From an uncultured Lachnospiraceae bacterium (GTDB taxonomy: Bacteria; Bacillota; Clostridia; Lachnospirales; Lachnospiraceae), in the NCBI GenBank assembly GCA_902787905.1, contig CADAIF010000001.1:1-39932 (forward strand): a stretch of 39,932 nucleotides of DNA, read 5' to 3'. The notes below the pieces were generated by a model. That model was not told where the DNA came from and searched no databases. It saw only the letters and a list, made by a program, of their open reading frames with translations. The translations under genes were made by a program, and so were the position numbers. This document shows positions 20,767-28,770 of this stretch, piece by piece (the first letter of the stretch is position 1; each line of letters starts with the position of its first letter).

Positions 20767-21086
20767 CCGGGGGCCGGGGGCAAATCTCTGTGACCTCTGA
20801 CGCTGAAGACCGCCGCCCCCTCTCGCATGAATTTCCGCGAAATTGCATAGGGGGATACAAGGAGCAGCCGGGAGCGTAAAACTGCATGGTTTTCTGTGTA
20901 TTCTCGGCTGTTTTGTCTGTTCGCGCCTATTCAAAATCGAGTAGAAATAGTGTGACATTCGCAGTTTCCTATGGGGTTTCGTGCCCGGATGGATTAATTA
21001 ACCTTTTGAATTTGCCTTTTCGCATGCGGGAGAGGCCGACGGTCTTCTGACCTTTATGTCAAAGAGATAGGCGCTTGCCCCCGGCA
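20767..21086. repeat. GC-rich ~320-bp module bounded by ~60-bp imperfect inverted repeats
   Basis: The arms are 20767-20829 and 21021-21086. Exact inverted anchors are gccgggggcaa (20773-20783) / ttgcccccggc (21075-21085) and gaagaccg (20805-20812) / cggtcttc (21040-21047). The inner ends are catgcg-agagg. The core of about 190 bp is 20830-21020. Confidence 0.55.
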
Positions 21087-21150
21087 TCTGGAGTGTGCTT
21101 AGTAGCTTCATTACATCAATTTACTTTTAATTATGCTCAGTACGCTTTCA

Positions 21151-21179
21151 TTTACTAAACAGCATATCTGTAGTATAAT
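21151..21179 (+). promoter_or_regulatory. SigA-type promoter TTTACT-17-TATAAT for the AbiD/F-like gene
   Basis: The hexamers and 17-nt spacing were read directly. GAGGTG RBS at 21197-21202. Confidence 0.5.
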
Positions 21180-21212
21180 GCTTTCAAATAGTATTCGAGG
21201 TGAACCAGTTTA

Positions 21213-22130
21213 ATGAAGGATTTATTAACAGCCGAAGGGCTAGTTACTCATATGGAGAATAAGGGCATTACTTTTAATCGTATTTCAAAAGAAGATGCTC
21301 AAAGCTTTCTGGAAAATAATAACTATTATATGAAGTTGGCTTCATATAGAGCAAACTACAAGAAATATCCAACGGGGCCAAAAGCAGACCAGTATATAGG
21401 ATTGGATTTCTCATGTCTTCAAGAATTATCAAAACTTGACATGCGGATTCGATACTTGGCTTTTCAAATGGCCCTTGACATCGAACACTTCATGAAAGTT
21501 CAACTTCTTAACAACATTGAGAATAATTCTGAAGAAGACGGGTATAAAATCATTCAAAAATTTATAGCGAATGACCACTCCTTCGGAATATTAAAAACAA
21601 TTCGCTCTCATAAAGCAAGTGCCTACTGTAAGGACTTAATTGAAAAATATTATCCTTATTTTCCTGCGTGGGTTTTCGTTGAACTGATTTCCTTCGGAGA
21701 TTTTGCATATCTTTGCGAGTTCTATAACGAAACATATGGGGTGGAAATCGGTGACCGGATTCTGCTCAATTCAGTACGAGACATACGAAATGCCTGTGCC
21801 CATAGTAATTGCCTTATTAATAATCTTGCACCAGGTAATAATAAAGCCCATCAAAGTGTGGTCGATAGGGTAAAAACTGTGGCCTCGATTAGTGAAAACT
21901 CAAGAGACAAAAAGCTCAGTAATAAATGCATTTATGATTTTGTGTGCCTTCTTTACGCATATGATGAAATTGTATCTAGCCCTGTTGCCAAACAGAAACG
22001 TTACGATGAACTAGAAGAATTTTTTGAAGGTCGCATGATTCAAAACAAGGATTGGTTTAGAAACAATAACATAATCACCAGTTCTTATAGCTTTGTCAAG
22101 AAAGTTCTTGACAGCATAGCTGGCAGGTGA
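21213..22130 (+). CDS. Abi_2 family (AbiD/AbiF-like) abortive infection protein, HEPN type
   Basis: YYMKLASYR, LDMRIRYLAFQMALDIEHFMK, WVFVELISFGDF and VRDIRNACAHSN (Rx4H) match the Abi_2 pattern as I remember it. Confidence 0.8.
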   Translation: MKDLLTAEGLVTHMENKGITFNRISKEDAQSFLENNNYYMKLASYRANYKKYPTGPKADQYIGLDFSCLQELSKLDMRIRYLAFQMALDIEHFMKVQLLNNIENNSEEDGYKIIQKFIANDHSFGILKTIRSHKASAYCKDLIEKYYPYFPAWVFVELISFGDFAYLCEFYNETYGVEIGDRILLNSVRDIRNACAHSNCLINNLAPGNNKAHQSVVDRVKTVASISENSRDKKLSNKCIYDFVCLLYAYDEIVSSPVAKQKRYDELEEFFEGRMIQNKDWFRNNNIITSSYSFVKKVLDSIAGR

Positions 22131-22168
22131 TAGAATATCACTACTATTGAAAGAACTTCGTTCTTAAA

Positions 22169-22211
22169 GGGGACATACAACTTCGGTTGTCGATGTTCCC
22201 GATTTCTTTTT
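22169..22211 (+). terminator. Rho-independent terminator after the AbiD/F-like gene
   Basis: ggggacatacaac-ttcg-gttgtcgatgttccc followed by gatttcttttt. Confidence 0.6.
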
Positions 22212-22245
22212 ATAGATGTTAGCGCCTTAGGCGTATATTTCAAAG

Positions 22246-22287
22246 AAATGGCGTCACATGAGTATTTCTACTCTTGTGACGCCATTT
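22246..22287. terminator. Perfect 13-bp hairpin, possibly a bidirectional terminator
   Basis: aaatggcgtcaca / tgtgacgccattt has A/T-rich runs on both sides. It lies between the Abi gene and the convergent LRR/Ig gene. Confidence 0.5.
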
Positions 22288-22335
22288 TCTATTGTTCCCG
22301 CCCGAAGAATGCTGGCTCAAATTAACTTGTTTCAG

Positions 22336-22374
22336 AAATCCCTAATTTGAACCACCTTTTGGGGCAGCCCCTCT
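22336..22374. repeat. Right terminal inverted repeat candidate of the island
   Basis: Partner of 10116-10151. It lies 25 nt beyond the stop of the LRR/Ig gene. Confidence 0.35.
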
Positions 22375-22398
22375 GTGCTTTGTCAGGTTGTTTCTTTC

Positions 22399-25300
22399 TT
22401 ACTTTGTCACGGTCAGCTTAGCCGCATTGCTGGTCAGGACCTTGCCGGTGGAGAAGGTGATCCTGCAGCGGTAGCTGTTGCCGTTTCTGGCGGCGGTGAC
22501 CGGAACCTTCAAGGTGGCGGTCTTGTTGCCGGTTGCTGTGGCGTTGGCCCAGGTGCTGCCGGAGGCTGTCTTGTACTGCCACTGGTAAGAGGCGACGGTG
22601 CCGGTGGTCTTTACCTGGAAGACGGCGGTATCGCCGGCCGCGGCGGTCACATTTGCCGGCTGGGTCGTGATGGCCGGTGCGGGCGTGTTCACAGTCAGTC
22701 TGACGCTGACGCTGTTCATGGTGTTGCCGTCAATGTCTGTAAGGACGCAGCGGTAGGAGTAGCCGTTTCTGTTTGCGGTGGCCGGAACCTTTAAGCTGGC
22801 AGTCTTGTTGCCTGTGGCGGTAGCGTTTAACCAGGTGGAATTGCTGGGCGTACGGTACTGCCACTGGTATTTGACAGATTCGCCGACCGCGCTGACCTTA
22901 AAGTAGGCGTAGCCGCCGGCATTCATGGAAACGCTGACGGGCTGGCTGGTGATGGCCAGTTTGACCTTGGCTGTCAGTGTGACAACGTCTGTGATGACCT
23001 TATTGCTCAGGGTATCGGTGACGACGCATCTGTACCTGTAGCCGTTGCGGCCTTTGGTGACCGGGACCATTAAGGTGGCGGTCTTGTTGCCTTCGGCTGT
23101 GGCGTTCAGCCAGGAACTGCCGGACGGGGTTTTGTACTGCCACTGGTAGGATTCTATGTCGCCGCTGGCGTTGATCCAGAATTTAGCGGTGGTATTGGTG
23201 TAGGCGGTGACCGATTTCGGCTGCGTATTGATGACAGCCGGGGTCTTGACGGTCAGTACGGCGATGCCGGAGGTGACGCTGTCGCCTGCTTCGCCGGTGA
23301 TGACACATCTGTAGCTGTAACCATTATAGGTCTTGGAGGCGTTGACGCTGTAGCTGGCTGTTTTGGCGGCACTGCCGCCGGCATTGGTCCAGGTGGTGCC
23401 GGAAGCTGTCTTGTACTGCCACTGCCAGGTCTTGATATCACCGGTGGCCTCGACATCAAAGACAACGGTGCTGCCTGTGACTGCCGTGACAGAGGCGGGT
23501 GAAGATGTGATGGCCACGGGGCTCTTGACTGTGAGGATCGCGGTGCCGCTGAAGAAGGTATAGCCGGGGGCATCTGTGACAGCGCATCTGTAGCTGTAGC
23601 CGCTGCGGCTGAGGGTGGCCGGAACCTTTAAGGTGGCGGTCTTGTTGCCGGTGGCTGTGGCATTGGCCCACTCCGTACTGCCGGGGGTCTGGTACTGCCA
23701 CTGATAGCTGACATTTTCTTTGTTGACGGCGACCGTGAAGGCGGCTGTTTTTCCTTTAAGGAGCAGGAGGTCTGCAGGCTGGGTCTCAAACAGGACGGGA
23801 CCGTCGGTCTCGTAATACATGGTCATGTTTGCCAGGTTGGAATTGGCCGGCCCGACAGCAATCTCTTCCCACTGCGCCTGGGTGCCTTCGTAGTAAATGG
23901 CTTTGATCACGTTATTGAAACAGCTGCCGGCGATCACGCGGATATTTGCGGGGATGACGGCGTAATTCATATTGATGTTTTTGGCAGCGATAAGGGAGCT
24001 GCCGTTGATCAGAAGGTTGCCTGTCCAGTTGTCAGCGGCGGAGTAATAAGCTGTTCCGGCGAAGATATTGGCTTCCGCATATTTCAGGCTGGAAGGAATG
24101 GTGACCTGACTCAGGACAGTACATCCGTTGAAGGCACAGGCATAAATGCTTTCGAGACCCTCCGGCAGAACGATCTCTGTCAGCATATTGCAGTTATTAA
24201 AGGCGCTGCTTTTGATGCTGGTCAGGCCCTGGGGCAGGCTGACGGCGGTCAGCTGCTTACATTCGGAAAAGGCGTAGCTTTCAATAGTCTTTACACCGCT
24301 GCCGATGGTCAGGTCGCTCAGCCGCTGGCATCCGCCGAAAGCAGAAGACGGTATGGTGACAAGACCGTTTCCGATCACTGCCTTTGTCAGATTGCTGCAC
24401 TTATTGAAGGCCTGTGCGCCTATTGAGGTCACAGTGTCAGGAATGGTGATGGCCTGCAGAGCTGTACATCCAGAAAAGGCACAGGTGTCAATGGAGACGG
24501 TGCCGGCGCCGAGACTGGCAGTTTTCAGAGCACTGCAGCCGTAGAATGCATAAGCAGGGATGGCGGTCAGTGTGTCCGGCAAAGCGATGGATTTCAGAGC
24601 GGCACAGTCATAGAAGGCGCGTTCGCCCATGCTGTCCAGGTTCTGACTTAAAGCCACGTCTGCCAGCTGACTGCAGCCGTAAAAAGCGAAGCTGCCCAGG
24701 ATCTCCACGGTATCCGGCAGGCTGATGCCTGTCAGGTTGATGCAGTTATAAAAAGCATAATTGCCGATGGTCACAAGGCCTTCGTGCAGCGTCACTGTCT
24801 GCAGGCGGCTGCAGGCCCGGAAGGCATCGGTGGAGATTTCTCTGACACCGGAGGGGATATCAATGGCAGGCAGCTGGGAACAGCCATAGAAGCAGGAACT
24901 GCCAATGGTCAGCAGTCCGGCCGGCAGGCTGATGTCGCTGAGGGCTTCGCAGTTATTGAAGGTACCTTCCTCCAAAGTTGTGAGGCTGGCAGGCAGCGAA
25001 ACCGATTCAAGACGGGTACATCTGTTGAAGGCGTATGGCCCAATGGTGGATACGGTATCCGGCAGATCGATCTCAGACAGCGCGGTGCAGCCCATGAAAG
25101 CCCGGTTGCCAATGAAGGTGACGCCGGAGGGGATGCTGATATCCTGCAGGGCGGCGCAGCCGTAAAAGGCATAATCGCTGATGACTGAAAGGCCGGAGGG
25201 CAGGTTGATCGATCTCAGGGCAGCGCAGCCATCGAAGGCCGCGTGGCCGATGGAGCCGACACTGCCGAGAATGTTGACATTCTGCAGGGCTGTCCAGCTG

Positions 25301-25608
25301 CTGAAGGCCGAGCTGTCGATGGTGGCGACGGATTCAGGGATCGTCACATCCGTGACGGTACTGTTTTTGCCGAAAGTGCCTATGATGGTGACAGGGTAGC
25401 CCTCTATAGTGGCCGGGATCGTCAGGGTCGTATCCGAGCCGGAGTAGCCATTCAGCCGGATGGCGACGATGTCATGGTTATCGTTATAGATATAAAGATA
25501 GGTCCAGTCTCCGCTGGTGTAAGCGGCGGCCGGGGAAGGGGCCAGGGTCAGGACCAGCAGCAGGGTCAGGACCAGGGTGGTCAGGAATCCGGAAAGCTTT
25601 TTTAACAT
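22399..25608 (-). CDS. Secreted BspA-type leucine-rich-repeat protein with five C-terminal Ig-like repeats (1069 aa)
   Basis: Signal peptide MLKKLSGFLTTLVLTLLLVLTLAPSPAAA. About 18 units of the 23-aa repeat (IP.sVt.Ig..AF..C..L..i.lp). Five repeats of about 93 aa with the pattern QWQY...G..W.NATA.GNKT.TL.VP.....NGY.YRC.V....G...S..A.LTV. No LPXTG, SLH, CWB or TM tail. Confidence 0.85.
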   Translation of the reverse strand: MLKKLSGFLTTLVLTLLLVLTLAPSPAAAYTSGDWTYLYIYNDNHDIVAIRLNGYSGSDTTLTIPATIEGYPVTIIGTFGKNSTVTDVTIPESVATIDSSAFSSWTALQNVNILGSVGSIGHAAFDGCAALRSINLPSGLSVISDYAFYGCAALQDISIPSGVTFIGNRAFMGCTALSEIDLPDTVSTIGPYAFNRCTRLESVSLPASLTTLEEGTFNNCEALSDISLPAGLLTIGSSCFYGCSQLPAIDIPSGVREISTDAFRACSRLQTVTLHEGLVTIGNYAFYNCINLTGISLPDTVEILGSFAFYGCSQLADVALSQNLDSMGERAFYDCAALKSIALPDTLTAIPAYAFYGCSALKTASLGAGTVSIDTCAFSGCTALQAITIPDTVTSIGAQAFNKCSNLTKAVIGNGLVTIPSSAFGGCQRLSDLTIGSGVKTIESYAFSECKQLTAVSLPQGLTSIKSSAFNNCNMLTEIVLPEGLESIYACAFNGCTVLSQVTIPSSLKYAEANIFAGTAYYSAADNWTGNLLINGSSLIAAKNINMNYAVIPANIRVIAGSCFNNVIKAIYYEGTQAQWEEIAVGPANSNLANMTMYYETDGPVLFETQPADLLLLKGKTAAFTVAVNKENVSYQWQYQTPGSTEWANATATGNKTATLKVPATLSRSGYSYRCAVTDAPGYTFFSGTAILTVKSPVAITSSPASVTAVTGSTVVFDVEATGDIKTWQWQYKTASGTTWTNAGGSAAKTASYSVNASKTYNGYSYRCVITGEAGDSVTSGIAVLTVKTPAVINTQPKSVTAYTNTTAKFWINASGDIESYQWQYKTPSGSSWLNATAEGNKTATLMVPVTKGRNGYRYRCVVTDTLSNKVITDVVTLTAKVKLAITSQPVSVSMNAGGYAYFKVSAVGESVKYQWQYRTPSNSTWLNATATGNKTASLKVPATANRNGYSYRCVLTDIDGNTMNSVSVRLTVNTPAPAITTQPANVTAAAGDTAVFQVKTTGTVASYQWQYKTASGSTWANATATGNKTATLKVPVTAARNGNSYRCRITFSTGKVLTSNAAKLTVTK
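22402..23811 (-). repeat. Five tandem Ig-like coding repeats (about 280 bp each) in LRR/Ig gene 1
   Basis: The periodic QWQY...YRC...LTV pattern is seen in the translation. Confidence 0.8.
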
Positions 25609-25624
25609 AACATCAATCTCCCCT

Positions 25625-28555
25625 CTACTGTGTCACGGTCAGTGATGCGGCATTACTGGTCAGAACCTTGCCGTCTGAGAAGCTGACTTTGCAGCGGTAG
25701 CTGTAACCGTTTCTGTTGTTTGTGACGGGCACACTTAAGGTATTGGTTTTGTTGCCTGCGGCGGTGGCGTTGGCCCAGGTGCTGCCGGAGGCTGTCTTGT
25801 ACTGCCACTGGTAAGAGGCGACGGTGCCGGTGATCTTTACCTGGAAGACGGCGGTGTCGCCGGCAGCGGCGGTCACATTTGCGGGCTGGCCGGTGATGGC
25901 GGAAGCGGGGGCGGTGACTGTCAGGGTCGCAGCCTTGCTTCGGACAATATTGCCGTCCGTATCTTTGACAACACATCTGTACTGGTAGCCGTTTCTGTTT
26001 GCGGTGGCCGGAACCTTTAAGGTCCGGGTCTTATTGCCTGCGGCGGTGGCGGCCTTCCAGGTACCTGTAGCGGAGACTCTGTACTGCCACTGGAAGCTGG
26101 CGATTTCTCCTGCGGCGGCGACCTTGAAGGTGGCTGTGCCGCCGGCAGCGAGGGTCACGTTTGCGGGCTGGCCGGTGATGGCCAGTCTGACTTTGACGAT
26201 CAGCTGGACCTCGTCGGAGATGATTTCGTTGTTCAGAGCATCGGTGATGACACATCTGTAGGCGTAGCCGTTTCTGCCGCCGGTGGCAGGGACAGTCAGG
26301 GTATTCGTCTTATTGCCGGCAGCCGTGGCGTTTTTCCAGCCGTATCCGGCATCATACTGCCACTGGTAAGATTTGATATCGCCGGAAGCGGTAACGGTGA
26401 AGACGGCATTGCTGCCGGTATAAGCCGTCACTGCCGTGGGCTGTACAGTGATCACTGCGGGTGTGACGACGGTCAGGACGACGATATCGGATGTTACCGT
26501 ATCACCGCCTTCGCCTGTGACGACGCATCTGTAGCTGTAGCCATTTTTTCCTTTGGTGGCAGGGACATCCATCCGGGCCGAGTCGTTGCCGAAGGCTGTG
26601 GCTTTTTGCCACTTGGTGCCTGCGGGGGTCTTATACTGCCACTGGAAGGAGGCGATATCTCCCTCGGCTGCAATACAGAAGGAAGCTTCATTTCCGACAG
26701 CGGCGACGGCATCGGCAGGCTGGTCGGTGATGGACACGGGTTCCCTGACACGGAGAAGGGCCTCCTCGCTGTAGACCTTGCGGCCGTTCACATCGGTGAC
26801 CATACATCTGTAGCTGTACTCATTGCGGCTTGCTGTAGCCGGAACCTTCAGGCTGGCTGTCTTGCTGCCGGTGGCCGTGGCATTATTCCATTTGCTGCCG
26901 TTCGGGGTCATGTACTGCCACTGGAAGCTGCAGTCTGTTTTGCTTGCGGTCACTGTAAAGACGGCGGTTTTTCCGCTGGTGATGGTGACATCTTCCGGAT
27001 GGGCAGTGATACAGACCGGCGCTGCGGCGCCATAATAGACGGTCGCGTCGGAGAGGCCGCTGTTGTCATCGCAGATGATGACGGCATCCCACTGCTCCGG
27101 GGTGCCGGCATAATAGATCTCGGCAAGGGGCGTATCGAAGCAGCATCCGGCGATCAGGCGGACATTCGCGGGGATGACTGCGAAATCTTCGGGATAAACG
27201 GCGTCAAAGACGTATCCGTCTTTAAGCAGGAGCCCCTCTGTCCAGTTTGATTTCTGATTGTAAAAGGCAGTTTCTCCGAAGACGTAACTTCCTGCGTAAT
27301 TCAGATTCTCCGGCAGGTTTACGGTGCTGAGAGCGGCACACTTGCAAAAAGCCTCGCTGCCGATACCGGTCACACTGTCCGGCAGGGTGATTGCTGTCAG
27401 GCGCAGGCAGTCGTAAAAAGCAGAGTCGCCGATGTCCGTCGTGGCCCCGGGAAGGGTAATGCTTTTCAGACCTGTGCACTCGCTGAAGGCATGACCGGGA
27501 ATGACGGTCAGCGTCTCAGGCAGGGTGATGTCTGTCAGGGCCGGGCAGTCAGCGAAGGCGTAGACGCCCATGAGGCTCAGCTGATCACCTAAGTGGGCGG
27601 AAGTAAGTCCCTGACAGCCCTCAAAGACAGAATCTCCAAGGCTTTCCACTGTGTCAGGAATGACAATATCAGTCAGGGCCGGGCAGCTCTTAAAGACCCC
27701 GTCTCCTATGGACACGAGACCGTCATGAAGGGTCACATCGGTCAGAAGAGAACAGTTCTCAAAGGCATATTCTGAAAGATGGGTAACGCCCGCAGGAATC
27801 TCAATGGCGGTCAGATGGCTGCATTCGCTGAAGCAGTGCTGGCCAATGGCGGTCAGGGAGGCGGGCAGGCTGATCTGTCTGAGGGCCGGACAGTTACAGA
27901 AGGTCCAGCTTTCAAGACCGGCAAGATCTGAAGGCAGCGTAACCTCTGTCAGGCTCAGGCAGTCCTGGAAAGCGGCTTCGCCCAGATAGGTCACACTGTC
28001 AGGAATAACAATGGAAGTCAGGGCCGAACAGCCGTAGAAAGCCCAGTTGCCGATGTTTGTGACACCGGAAGGAATGCTGATGGCTTTCAGGGCTTTACAG
28101 CTGCTAAATGCGCCGGAATCGATGAAAGTCAGCGTGTCCGGCAGATAGACATTCTCCAGTGCCGCGCAGTCAAAGAAGGCATCCTGGCTGATGCTTCTGA
28201 TCCCTTCAGTCAGGGTCACTGTTTTCAGCGCAGAGCAGTAGTTGAAGGCCCCATACCTGATCTCTGTGACTGTGCCCGGGATCGTCACACTGACAATATT
28301 GTCTTTGTCGCCCAGCCCGCCGATGGTGGTCACGGAATAACCGCCAAGGCTGGCCGGAATGGTGACATCGGCATCACTTCCGGTATAACTGTCGACAGAT
28401 GATCCGATGATCAGGCCGTCATCATTATAGATGTAGCTGTAAACCCAGTCTCCGCTGGTTTCAGCAGCGGCCGGGGTCGGGGCTGCGGCCAGACCCAGCA
28501 GCAGGGCCGGGACCAGGGCAGCAAGGAAACCGGTTACTCTTTTTAACATATACAA
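25625..28555 (-). CDS. Secreted BspA-type LRR protein with five Ig-like repeats (976 aa), a paralogue of the downstream gene
   Basis: Same architecture. Signal peptide MYMLKRVTGFLAALVPALLLGLAAAPTPAAA. A 16-nt gap with a GGGGAG RBS leads to the next gene, so co-transcription is likely. Confidence 0.85.
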   Translation of the reverse strand: MYMLKRVTGFLAALVPALLLGLAAAPTPAAAETSGDWVYSYIYNDDGLIIGSSVDSYTGSDADVTIPASLGGYSVTTIGGLGDKDNIVSVTIPGTVTEIRYGAFNYCSALKTVTLTEGIRSISQDAFFDCAALENVYLPDTLTFIDSGAFSSCKALKAISIPSGVTNIGNWAFYGCSALTSIVIPDSVTYLGEAAFQDCLSLTEVTLPSDLAGLESWTFCNCPALRQISLPASLTAIGQHCFSECSHLTAIEIPAGVTHLSEYAFENCSLLTDVTLHDGLVSIGDGVFKSCPALTDIVIPDTVESLGDSVFEGCQGLTSAHLGDQLSLMGVYAFADCPALTDITLPETLTVIPGHAFSECTGLKSITLPGATTDIGDSAFYDCLRLTAITLPDSVTGIGSEAFCKCAALSTVNLPENLNYAGSYVFGETAFYNQKSNWTEGLLLKDGYVFDAVYPEDFAVIPANVRLIAGCCFDTPLAEIYYAGTPEQWDAVIICDDNSGLSDATVYYGAAAPVCITAHPEDVTITSGKTAVFTVTASKTDCSFQWQYMTPNGSKWNNATATGSKTASLKVPATASRNEYSYRCMVTDVNGRKVYSEEALLRVREPVSITDQPADAVAAVGNEASFCIAAEGDIASFQWQYKTPAGTKWQKATAFGNDSARMDVPATKGKNGYSYRCVVTGEGGDTVTSDIVVLTVVTPAVITVQPTAVTAYTGSNAVFTVTASGDIKSYQWQYDAGYGWKNATAAGNKTNTLTVPATGGRNGYAYRCVITDALNNEIISDEVQLIVKVRLAITGQPANVTLAAGGTATFKVAAAGEIASFQWQYRVSATGTWKAATAAGNKTRTLKVPATANRNGYQYRCVVKDTDGNIVRSKAATLTVTAPASAITGQPANVTAAAGDTAVFQVKITGTVASYQWQYKTASGSTWANATAAGNKTNTLSVPVTNNRNGYSYRCKVSFSDGKVLTSNAASLTVTQ
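25628..27025 (-). repeat. Five tandem Ig-like coding repeats in LRR/Ig gene 2
   Basis: Same periodic pattern. The last repeat is nearly identical in DNA to the last repeat of gene 1. Confidence 0.8.
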
Positions 28556-28770
28556 TCCTCCTTTTCATATGAATATGTTTGTTCCGGGTTTGTTTTAATA
28601 TATTATATCAGACAAAATGACCTTGTAGAAGTTTATAACACATTATTATTTAACAATGATGCGTAAGCGACATATATTATAAGTTCATTCCCTGTAAAAC
28701 AGATTGCAAAAGTATGCCCGGAATAGTATACTTTTCCTTGCGACTTAAAGAGGAGAGGAATAATCTGTCT

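Noticed and set aside
20754-20879. A 41-codon ORF (MMGNTGGRGQISVTSDAEDRRPLSHEFPRNCIGGYKEQPGA) starting within the stop region of the Abi_C-like gene
   Set aside because: It has no RBS and a Gly/Arg-rich composition reflecting the GC-rich inverted-repeat arm. It is treated as non-coding, although a small peptide cannot be excluded without expression data.
22402-27025. The periodic ~280-bp repeats, and the 15-bp repeats at 36240-36374, considered as possible CRISPR arrays
   Set aside because: The repeats are contiguous without unique spacers, lie in frame inside long ORFs and encode coherent protein repeats. No cas genes are present.
22375-28555. Many 60-214-aa ORFs in other frames or on the other strand across the LRR/Ig genes (for example 22375-22794, 24784-25188, 25243-25605, 26606-27250)
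   Set aside because: All are embedded in the two long, internally periodic ORFs. Their Gly/Arg/Pro-rich products are a by-product of the repetitive GC-rich coding sequence.
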